A DNA stretch of 51,796 nucleotides, taken from the IMG/VR virus record IMGVR_UViG_3300020125_000256, positions 1 through 51,796 of that record. One strand, 5' to 3'. Under the pieces are notes generated by a model. It saw only the letters and a program-made list of their open reading frames with translations. It did no database searches and had not been told where the DNA came from. Position numbers and translations under genes: made by a program. Below are positions 44,944 to 51,796 of the stretch, in pieces (within the stretch, counting starts at the first letter, position 1; each line of letters begins with the position of its first letter). The DNA is from a virus. Its lineage: Duplodnaviria; Caudoviricetes.

Positions 44944-45152
44944 CGCGAACCTCCTTTAACAGGCCATGCCGAGACCACCCCGGCAAAGGGAACTTCATCT
45001 GGAACCAGCTCAAAGACGATTTCATCCCGAGCCACATGGCTGACCCGCACGACCTTGCCCATGAGTTCGGTAATGTCGAAGTCGGCCCCGAACTCGTCCG
45101 AGCAATCGAGAGGGGCACCAAGTACCGTCGTAATGTGGATGGTTGGCATCAT
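44940..45152 (-). CDS. Hypothetical protein
   Basis: AGGAGG RBS; ATGA overlaps at both ends. Confidence 0.55.
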   Translation of the reverse strand: MMPTIHITTVLGAPLDCSDEFGADFDITELMGKVVRVSHVARDEIVFELVPDEVPFAGVVSAWPVKGGSR

Positions 45153-45274
45153 GCCCTCCTATGATTGCGTGTTTCAACCACTACTCGCCACCAGATAAAG
45201 AAGGCTGCCAGGCCAATGAGTGTAACGGGCCAGAACAGAATAAGCCAGAGCCATTCCCAGATGGTGGGCTTCAT
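45149..45274 (-). CDS. Small membrane peptide
   Basis: MKPTIWEWLWLILFWPVTLIGLAAFFIWW... Confidence 0.5.
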   Translation of the reverse strand: MKPTIWEWLWLILFWPVTLIGLAAFFIWWRVVVETRNHRRA

Positions 45275-45444
45275 CTGAGTACCACGATACCACTTCCAGA
45301 CAAGAATACGACCATGCCCAGAAATAGGCAGGCGAAGAAGGCCAGCCACGGCGAGTAGTTCGGGGCATTCGGCACCGCCCCGAGAAGGGACAATAACCAG
45401 AGAAACATGACCATGATGAAGCAGACAAGTAGGACAGTAAACAC
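45271..45444 (-). CDS. Small two-TM membrane protein (holin-like; not in ORF track)
   Basis: Hand translation (GTG) FTVLLVCFIMVMFLWLLSLLG...WLAFFACLFLGMVVFL... Confidence 0.5.
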   Translation of the reverse strand: MFTVLLVCFIMVMFLWLLSLLGAVPNAPNYSPWLAFFACLFLGMVVFLSGSGIVVLR

Positions 45445-45447
45445 TTT

Positions 45448-45546
45448 TCACCCTCTTTCCCTCGTTTCCAGCCACACCGCCAGGCCGGTCGCAAGACCGG
45501 AGGACCAGGCGAGCAGCAGTATGCCGAAGACCTCATATTCGTTCAT
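45448..45546 (-). CDS. Small membrane peptide (not in ORF track)
   Basis: Hand translation MNEYEVFGILLLAWSSGLATGLAVWLETRERG*; ATGA overlap. Confidence 0.45.
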   Translation of the reverse strand: MNEYEVFGILLLAWSSGLATGLAVWLETRERG

Positions 45547-45980
45547 GGTCGGCCCCAAAACACCAGTGCCACCGCTCCAAACGCTGCGACCAAGGCGATA
45601 GCTGTTCCTATTACGGAGAATATATCCCGTTTCATCGTGTCCGTGCGGCTTAACTGGCCGCGGTTCTCTGACACAAACCTTTCTATCGCCAGCGTTCTGC
45701 GTTCCAGGTCAATGTGATGGGCCTCGTATTCACTCTTCGTCAGAAAGCGGTTGATCTGGTCGGACAACTGCCCTCGAAACTCATTGACGCTCTCAAAGCG
45801 TTTTTCGCTTGCGTGCTCGGCCTTGCTGAGTGCCTTGTCGGAAGCTAAATGCATGGCTTCCATGGCATCCACGACAGCCGCCAACTTTGCTTCTATCCAG
45901 CGGTGCTCGGCCTCAATCATTCTCTGGACGTGCTCGTGCAGGGTGCGGACGGTCCAGTCGGAGAGTTGTTCGGGCTCCAT
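45543..45980 (-). CDS. Coiled-coil protein with C-terminal TM (lysis-module type)
   Basis: KAEHASEKRFESVNEFRGQL coiled coil; IFSVIGTAIALVAAFGAVALVFW TM. Confidence 0.7.
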   Translation of the reverse strand: MEPEQLSDWTVRTLHEHVQRMIEAEHRWIEAKLAAVVDAMEAMHLASDKALSKAEHASEKRFESVNEFRGQLSDQINRFLTKSEYEAHHIDLERRTLAIERFVSENRGQLSRTDTMKRDIFSVIGTAIALVAAFGAVALVFWGRP

Positions 45981-45981
45981 T

Positions 45982-46227
45982 CTATAGCCCCATCTTGTTC
46001 CGCATGTTCTCCACCCGCCGGCTGTCCTCGACCATCTTTGAAAGGGCCATCATGCGGGCTTCCTTCTTGATGTCCTCGGCCCGGTCAATGCCCATGTGCA
46101 AGATGGACTTCACATAGTCCCAGGTCTTGAAGACTTCCCGGTCGAATTGCAGGTCCACCGCCTGGAGCTCGGGGTTCCAGGCTACGATGATGGCGTGTAC
46201 TTTAGACTCGCCGTTTTGTTCAGACAT
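45982..46227 (-). CDS. Hypothetical protein
   Basis: MSEQNGESKV...; GGAG RBS. Confidence 0.55.
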   Translation of the reverse strand: MSEQNGESKVHAIIVAWNPELQAVDLQFDREVFKTWDYVKSILHMGIDRAEDIKKEARMMALSKMVEDSRRVENMRNKMGL

Positions 46228-46591
46228 CGGCCCACTCCGGTTCGGGGGGCTTCGGCAGATCGGGCGCCCGGTCACTGTAACCGGCGTCCCTGTCGAAGAA
46301 ACCATACGCCTTATGGTATGCACGCCGGTGCGAACGACTCGTGAACACCGGGCACCCATTCTCATCGAAATACGTCGGTACTCCCTTCCTGACCGCTGAG
46401 TCCATGGCCTCTTCCCTCTGATCGGGATGAACAGCTAACGCCTCGCAATGCTGATCCTTCCAATGAACGAGGCCGGCGCCTGTGCCAATTGGCACATCCG
46501 GGAAAACTGCGTCAAATGTCGCCTTGGCCACTTGCTTGCCGTCGATCCAGTAAGTGGTCCGGTCGCCTTCGCCCTTGATTATGCCTTTCAT
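46220..46591 (-). CDS. Conserved hypothetical protein downstream of portal
   Basis: ATGA overlap with portal stop; ALAVHPDQ...GVPT.F...G.PVFTSRSHR. Confidence 0.65.
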   Translation of the reverse strand: MKGIIKGEGDRTTYWIDGKQVAKATFDAVFPDVPIGTGAGLVHWKDQHCEALAVHPDQREEAMDSAVRKGVPTYFDENGCPVFTSRSHRRAYHKAYGFFDRDAGYSDRAPDLPKPPEPEWADV

Positions 46592-48429
46592 CCGATGCCT
46601 GCTCCTGCTGGTTGACCGTTGGCTTTGGGTGCCGAGGCCATCATCTGTTGCACCCGTGAATTGTCCTGGTTCGCCGTCGAGTTGCCAAGAGAACGCCGGT
46701 TGTAGTTCCGCGTCGTCTCGGCCTGCATGGGCGGCTTCTCCACCCCCGCCTGCCCCTGCTCCTTGTCCACTGGCGGCTCCCCAATCGTGAGAAGTTCCTG
46801 AATGTCCGGATCGTCCAGATACAGGCCCACCTTCTGGAAGTATTTGTTGAGGTCCAGAGCAATCCCCTGCTGCTGGGCCAGCTGGGCCAGGGGAAGGTAA
46901 ACCTGCTGGATCACCTGATTCATCGCCGCCAGCCTTTGTTGCGGCGTCTGGTGCTGGAGAGAATAAGCATCCACCTTGACATCCATGTCCTCGTACTTGT
47001 GCGAGCGTACCATTCTCCCCGGCATGTTCTGATGCACGTCCGGGTTGTTGGGGTAAGTCTCCAGGGGAATGGAGATGCCCTCTATCCCTGGTATCTCGTA
47101 CTCGGCCCTTGTGACCCGATGTGGATCGTGATGGTAGAACCAACAGAGGGCATTGGCCACATCGTTGGTGAAGTCGAGCACCCGTCCCTGCATGTCGGCG
47201 ATCGAGGCGGCCGAGTTCTCGTTGAGCATTTCATCTTGATGGGCCGTCTTACTCTGGGGAGACAGGCCGCCCATGATGTCGAGGTTGCCGGCCAGCCATG
47301 AGACCAATTCCTTCATGGCCATGAAGAACTGGAAGTTCTGCGGGTTGGGGCCGCCCATCGTCACTTGGCGGATCTGATCGGGGTTATCGACCTTGATGAT
47401 CTCGCCGTCGTTGGAGACCATGACGCGAGTGCCGTCCTCGTTGGCGGGGCCGGTTACGAAGGTGTTTTCCTTTTGCCTTTCGGCTTGGCGCATGAGCTTT
47501 CTGAGGAGGCGGTTGATGTTTTCGTGGAGGTCGATGAGATCCATGACAGGCGCTTTTGGCATTGGGTTTCCAGGGACCGTGCCAAAGCCAAGAATGTGGT
47601 AAGGTCCTTGATCCGGACCAACCCAGGGTCGAATTGAAAGAGCCTTTCCATGATGCTGGTCGTCCCCGGAAGCCGCCCCCGTAAGGTTATCGTCACGGAG
47701 AGTAATGATGAGGCGGTGTCTGGGTAAATAAAACTCCCATAGGTCAACGAAGTCTTCAAACTCTTCTTGGTCCGAGCCAAGGGTCGTCCTCCCGATAAGG
47801 CCAATCCGTTCGTCGCCTTCCATGTTGTAAATGCGGTCAGTGGATACTTCGACGTTCTTGCGGTCCTTGGAGAACATCTTGGTTTCGCGGACTACAGCCA
47901 GGGGCGCTCGATAACGATGCCCAAGAAACCCAGCCTCCCCGAAGTCTCGGCAGTGGATGTCAAACACAAAGTCGTCCAAATCCACTCGCTCAACAAATGG
48001 CTGTCCCGCCTGGTTCTTCCAACCAGTGGTAGCTGACTCAGCGGGAGTAGCCAGCCCAACCTTCGCGATCCCAATGGAGAATAAGGCATCCGTCACCACC
48101 CTCTTCAAGATGTTCGCCAGCCGAATCCGCGGTATCTCCCGGTTGATCCACAGGCCCATGGCGTTGACAATCGGCCGGCTGCCGCGGTCCCAGGTGGACA
48201 GGAGAACTCTCGGGTTCTGGGCGATGAGTTTGCGGCCGACGACGGAGACGTACTGGCCGATGATGTTGCAGGGGACGGCCTGAATGGCACCTTCTTCGGA
48301 ATAGTGGCGGCCTACATATTGGCGGACGGCATCGAAGCGTTCTTGACGGGGCCGCCTCAAGACGAGTCGAGCACGCTGGGCAGCGGCCGCGAGGCGGGCT
48401 ATGAAAGTGCTGTCGATCTTGTCAGCCAC
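46588..48429 (-). CDS. Portal protein
   Basis: 613 aa after terminase; GIAKVG, ERVDLDDFVFD, DLWEFY, SKTAHQ patterns of P22-like portals. Confidence 0.85.
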   Translation of the reverse strand: MADKIDSTFIARLAAAAQRARLVLRRPRQERFDAVRQYVGRHYSEEGAIQAVPCNIIGQYVSVVGRKLIAQNPRVLLSTWDRGSRPIVNAMGLWINREIPRIRLANILKRVVTDALFSIGIAKVGLATPAESATTGWKNQAGQPFVERVDLDDFVFDIHCRDFGEAGFLGHRYRAPLAVVRETKMFSKDRKNVEVSTDRIYNMEGDERIGLIGRTTLGSDQEEFEDFVDLWEFYLPRHRLIITLRDDNLTGAASGDDQHHGKALSIRPWVGPDQGPYHILGFGTVPGNPMPKAPVMDLIDLHENINRLLRKLMRQAERQKENTFVTGPANEDGTRVMVSNDGEIIKVDNPDQIRQVTMGGPNPQNFQFFMAMKELVSWLAGNLDIMGGLSPQSKTAHQDEMLNENSAASIADMQGRVLDFTNDVANALCWFYHHDPHRVTRAEYEIPGIEGISIPLETYPNNPDVHQNMPGRMVRSHKYEDMDVKVDAYSLQHQTPQQRLAAMNQVIQQVYLPLAQLAQQQGIALDLNKYFQKVGLYLDDPDIQELLTIGEPPVDKEQGQAGVEKPPMQAETTRNYNRRSLGNSTANQDNSRVQQMMASAPKANGQPAGAGIG

Positions 48430-48664
48430 TTGGCATGGCTTTCTCCCTGGCCTCTACAACCATCTTCTCGTATTCGTTGAGCCTATCAAGAGACTTCTGT
48501 GCCTCCGGAGTAATGGTTGGCGTCCACGTCCATCCATCCGGTCCATACGTCCCCTTGCCAGCACATTTCATCATAATAAGGGCTTTCATCGAATTGATTC
48601 GCGAAAGTTCTTGGCGAAAAAGCAGATCATCAGGAGGAGGAGGGATCGAGTCAAACTTCTTCAT
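48422..48664 (-). CDS. Hypothetical protein
   Basis: 80 aa ORF between terminase and portal. Confidence 0.5.
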   Translation of the reverse strand: MKKFDSIPPPPDDLLFRQELSRINSMKALIMMKCAGKGTYGPDGWTWTPTITPEAQKSLDRLNEYEKMVVEAREKAMPSG

Positions 48665-50513
48665 ATTCTCTCTTCCTCCAGTAATCCCGCCGCCACTGAA
48701 GACTCATCTGCGGAACAAGTGGCTCGACCTTCTCTTTCCGTGGCACGCCAATCAACTTCATCATCTTACAACTTTGGGCGTCGGCCATGGCCATGTCGGC
48801 GTGGTTGAGGCCCGAGCCCGATGGGTCGGGGCTCTCCTTGCCCTGCTCGATGTTGCCACGCTTATCGTAACGGAACGACAGGCACTCCTCCAGAGCATCC
48901 CTGGATGGGTTGCGAAATACCCGGTCTCTCAAAGCCGCCTGATATTCCTCCAGCCACATGCGTTTACTCTGGGGAGTGGGCTGCCAGCCAGGCTTGTCGG
49001 TCACTTCCGCAAAGATGCGGTACTCGTCACGTTTATAGTAAACGTGCCGGTATCCGAGTTCCACCACTCGATTTCCGAATACCGCACCAGGACCGGCCAT
49101 TTCCCAACAGAGCAGAGCACCTTCATCATCGGGAGATTTGAACAGCCAGCAGAGTGCCACGGTGAGTGCGGCGAACTTGTCTGCCAGGATATGAGCATTG
49201 GCGTACTCCAGAATCTTTTCACCCGTGGAAACCTTTACCCCCGATAGACAGGACGGGGTCGCCCCGGTCCCCGCCGATACGTCGGCACCAAAGGCATAGA
49301 TTCCTCGGGGTGGTGCTCCTCCTGAGAGGTTGAGCCAGAGCTTGAGGGGTCCGCCGGGGAGCTGGATGAGCTTGCCCCGCCCCGTCTCCGAGTCAAAGTG
49401 AACATCGCCTTCCCAATAGGGGGCGACACAATCTTCCTGGAGAACCCGGATGAGGAGGCGGTCGAAGACTTGCGAGACCGATCCTTTAGGATCAATGTCC
49501 AGATCCATGGCGATCGCGCGAGAACTACCCTTGCGGCGGCACTCTTTGTCGTACCAGGGGGAACGAACGCCAGGCAGCGGCCCCCCAGTCGGACTTCCAT
49601 CCATGACGAATCGGTAGTCGGGACCAAAGTTATGTGCCTTGTCAAGAACTGTAATCTTGTTGGGTTCATTCTCATAGCGGTAGAGCCCCGCGTTCTTGTC
49701 CGGATGCTGCGTCCAGTGCATCCGCAGTTTCTTCATGTCTACTCTTTGGGTGAGGTCATAGAAGGCCGTGTCCAGGCCCAAGTGGGTACCATTAAAAATA
49801 CGGCATCCTGTGGTGTCAGATGTACGGTGCAAAACTTCATAATCCTCTTCAATCTGGGAGAATTCGTCGATGAACATTGCCGTAGCGCGTCCTCCCACGC
49901 CAGCCTTTCCCGTACTAGCTTGGCCAGTAATGGTACTGCCGTTGTCTTCGTTGCCATAGTAAAGTTTCAACCTCTTCATCTTGGGAAGCAGCCAGTCCGG
50001 CAGTCTATCGTGCATGAAGTCAACCTTCCAGAACAGACTGTCGGGGCTCGGATCCTCGACCGCCTTCTCATTCCGGGAAATGCAAAGAAAGTGCTCCCAC
50101 TTCCTGAACAGCCAGAGGTAATCCATGACGATGAGGCACAGCCACGAGGCCCCCATCTCTCTGGACTTCTCGATTACCAGATCCTCGTCGTTCTCGATGC
50201 ACCAGAGTATACCCGCATCCTCCGGCCGGTCGTCGTCCTCATCCCAGGGAATGCCAGGAACCTTGAGGATGGCCCGGTCCTGAAAACCCCAGGTGATAAA
50301 GGGGCCGACCTTCTGGTTATCGCCCTTCTTTCTCTGATTGATCTGCCAGACGAATGTGTTGATGTAGAAGAGAATGTCTTCCGAACATGCCTGAATCAAA
50401 GCTTGCTGGCGCCAGTAATCCTCGTCGGCCCATTCTCTGAGTCGCAGGCGGAAGCGGACGTTGTCCACCGGATCACGCGGGATGCCACCTTTGACGAGAT
50501 CATGCCACGACAT
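48651..50513 (-). CDS. terL: Terminase large subunit
   Basis: Walker A EKSREMGASW, Walker B MFIDEF, nuclease GADVSAG and HADMAMA. Confidence 0.92.
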   Translation of the reverse strand: MSWHDLVKGGIPRDPVDNVRFRLRLREWADEDYWRQQALIQACSEDILFYINTFVWQINQRKKGDNQKVGPFITWGFQDRAILKVPGIPWDEDDDRPEDAGILWCIENDEDLVIEKSREMGASWLCLIVMDYLWLFRKWEHFLCISRNEKAVEDPSPDSLFWKVDFMHDRLPDWLLPKMKRLKLYYGNEDNGSTITGQASTGKAGVGGRATAMFIDEFSQIEEDYEVLHRTSDTTGCRIFNGTHLGLDTAFYDLTQRVDMKKLRMHWTQHPDKNAGLYRYENEPNKITVLDKAHNFGPDYRFVMDGSPTGGPLPGVRSPWYDKECRRKGSSRAIAMDLDIDPKGSVSQVFDRLLIRVLQEDCVAPYWEGDVHFDSETGRGKLIQLPGGPLKLWLNLSGGAPPRGIYAFGADVSAGTGATPSCLSGVKVSTGEKILEYANAHILADKFAALTVALCWLFKSPDDEGALLCWEMAGPGAVFGNRVVELGYRHVYYKRDEYRIFAEVTDKPGWQPTPQSKRMWLEEYQAALRDRVFRNPSRDALEECLSFRYDKRGNIEQGKESPDPSGSGLNHADMAMADAQSCKMMKLIGVPRKEKVEPLVPQMSLQWRRDYWRKREYEEV

Positions 50514-50727
50514 CGGGCTTTACCTCGTCTTCCGAGAAATGATGGCCAACGAAAGTGCAGTCCTTGACGACCAACCCACTCAGCCCTTTGAGCACGCTCG
50601 CCTCAAATTCGTGCAGCGGCATGACGGTCCACCAGAAGTTGCCGAACCGCACCCGCACGTATTTCGCCTCCTGATGAGGTGGCAGGTACGCCAGCGCCTT
50701 CAGAACCACTTCCCTTGGATTGTCCAT
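50500..50727 (-). CDS. Hypothetical protein
   Basis: AAGGAG RBS; overlaps neighbouring ORFs. Confidence 0.4.
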   Translation of the reverse strand: MDNPREVVLKALAYLPPHQEAKYVRVRFGNFWWTVMPLHEFEASVLKGLSGLVVKDCTFVGHHFSEDEVKPDVVA

Positions 50728-51106
50728 CTTCCATCTCCTTCCTTAAAACCTTCTCATGCCTATTCGCGATCCGGTGAGCCTTGTCGTAACTCATCCCCCT
50801 TCTCATGTCCCGCCACTCATGGGCCTCATGATACAGGACCGGCGCCCAATACTTCGGCACCAACTCGTCCGAAATCCACAGTTCATCCTTCGGAATCCAC
50901 GACGACTCCATCGAATTGTTCCCCTCCACAAAGTCCATCTTGTACTTGAGCTTCACCGCATTGCCATCCACCAGATAAACCTTCACCCGGCCAATCTGAC
51001 CCAGATGCGTCCTCGGGATAGGGGACCCCGGAAGTACCCGCCGCGGCGACTTGTACCCCGAAGTCAAGGCCTGGCAGTGAGACCAAAGCTTCTCATCTAT
51101 CTTCAT
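50603..51106 (-). CDS. Zincin-like (HExxE/HExxH-type) hypothetical protein
   Basis: VLYHEAHE...YDKAH motif. Confidence 0.55.
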   Translation of the reverse strand: MKIDEKLWSHCQALTSGYKSPRRVLPGSPIPRTHLGQIGRVKVYLVDGNAVKLKYKMDFVEGNNSMESSWIPKDELWISDELVPKYWAPVLYHEAHEWRDMRRGMSYDKAHRIANRHEKVLRKEMEDGQSKGSGSEGAGVPATSSGGEIRAGAVRQLLVDRHAAARI

Positions 51107-51450
51107 CTCTCATACCTCCCCAACCACTCCCTCAGTTCCGCCAACTTCTCGTCCTTCTTCCCTTTCCCACTTTGAGCAACCGGCTGCTCAGCCTGCAACT
51201 GGGCTGCCTTGGCCGCATCCATGGCCTGAATCTTCGCATTATGACTGATCTGCAACTTGTCATACCGGGCAACGAACTTCTCAAAGTTAGTCTCGAACAT
51301 CTCCACCAGCTTCCGACCCATGCTGTCGTAAGGCGAAAAGTCCCCGTCCATGATCGCCTTCATGTCCACCATCCTCTTGGGCGGTAGCCTCTCCGCCCAT
51401 TCCAAAAACTCCCCAGGATCGTCCGGCGGCGGCGTCGCGTAGTCTTCCAT
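51103..51450 (-). CDS. Putative terminase small subunit
   Basis: First late gene; helical ~115 aa; position upstream of terL (no motif support). Confidence 0.4.
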   Translation of the reverse strand: MEDYATPPPDDPGEFLEWAERLPPKRMVDMKAIMDGDFSPYDSMGRKLVEMFETNFEKFVARYDKLQISHNAKIQAMDAAKAAQLQAEQPVAQSGKGKKDEKLAELREWLGRYER

Positions 51451-51457
51451 GCCACGC

Positions 51458-51485
51458 ATCCTACCCGCTTATTTCCCAATTGCAA
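51458..51485 (-). promoter_or_regulatory. Candidate late promoter, possibly giving a leaderless mRNA
   Basis: Minus strand TTGCAA, 16 nt spacer, TAGGAT, then 7 nt to ATG 51450 with no RBS. Confidence 0.45.
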
Positions 51486-51796
51486 TAGCTATACGTACTC
51501 TGTATACCTTTTCTCATGATAGACACCATCCTCCAATGCCTCCGTTGTAACTGGCGCTGGGTACCCCGCGGCTCACCAAGCCCAGGTACCTGCCCCAAAT
51601 GCCGCTCTCCCTACTGGAACCGGCCCAGAAAGAACAAAAAACGGCATAAAGCCAAAGAGAACAAGCCATTAGATGAGGTAAAGTGCCAAAGATGCCAACG
51701 AATAGACAACATCCTCGATTGCCCCCAATGTAAAGCCCTAAGAGAAGCCGCCCAAAAGACTTCCACCTCCCCTGTGCCAAATGACGCACCCAACGG

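Larger units (their letters stand above)
1..51796. mobile_element. Tailed dsDNA bacteriophage genome (podovirus-like), probably near complete
   Basis: Terminase, portal, scaffold, MCP, adaptor, nozzle and ejection-type genes on the - strand; early, recombination and modification genes on the + strand; no host housekeeping genes seen. Confidence 0.93.

Noticed and set aside
1-51796. Terminal direct repeats or circular overlap
   Set aside because: Only a 4-nt ACGG match between the ends was seen; not significant.
1-51796. CRISPR array, diversity-generating retroelement, integrase/att site
   Set aside because: No regularly spaced repeats, reverse transcriptase motifs or recombinase motifs were found. 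The tRNA-like elements are internal and have no adjacent integrase, so they were not called att sites.

Overview
The window looks like most or all of a ~52 kb tailed dsDNA phage genome with podovirus-like architecture: portal, scaffold, major capsid, adaptor, nozzle and ejection proteins, and no recognisable tape measure, sheath, integrase or DNA polymerase. There are two convergent arms. The + strand arm (~1-13.5 kb) carries many small early ORFs, CsrA, an ERF/YqaJ recombination pair, a ParB-like protein, an SF2 helicase, HNH-like and VRR-NUC nucleases, a C5 cytosine methyltransferase and two Mom-family adenine-modification enzymes. The - strand arm (~13.9-51.5 kb) carries packaging, head, lysis-like, tail/adhesin and ejection genes. 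A Planctomycetota host is a weak inference only. The most striking observation is a complete tRNA-Gly(UCC)-like cloverleaf (8788-8863) embedded inside the translated 5' end of the first mom gene. It has full glycine identity elements but an 8-nt anticodon loop and a bulged T-stem. Two more tRNA-like RNAs with aberrant anticodon arms are present (3104-3182, and 11354-11473 just upstream of the second mom). Other oddities are a beta-helix adhesin that appears split by an S53 peptidase, and a giant ejection-type protein carrying sigma70 region-4-like and SAP-like motifs. All calls come from motif recognition and hand folding; no searches were run.
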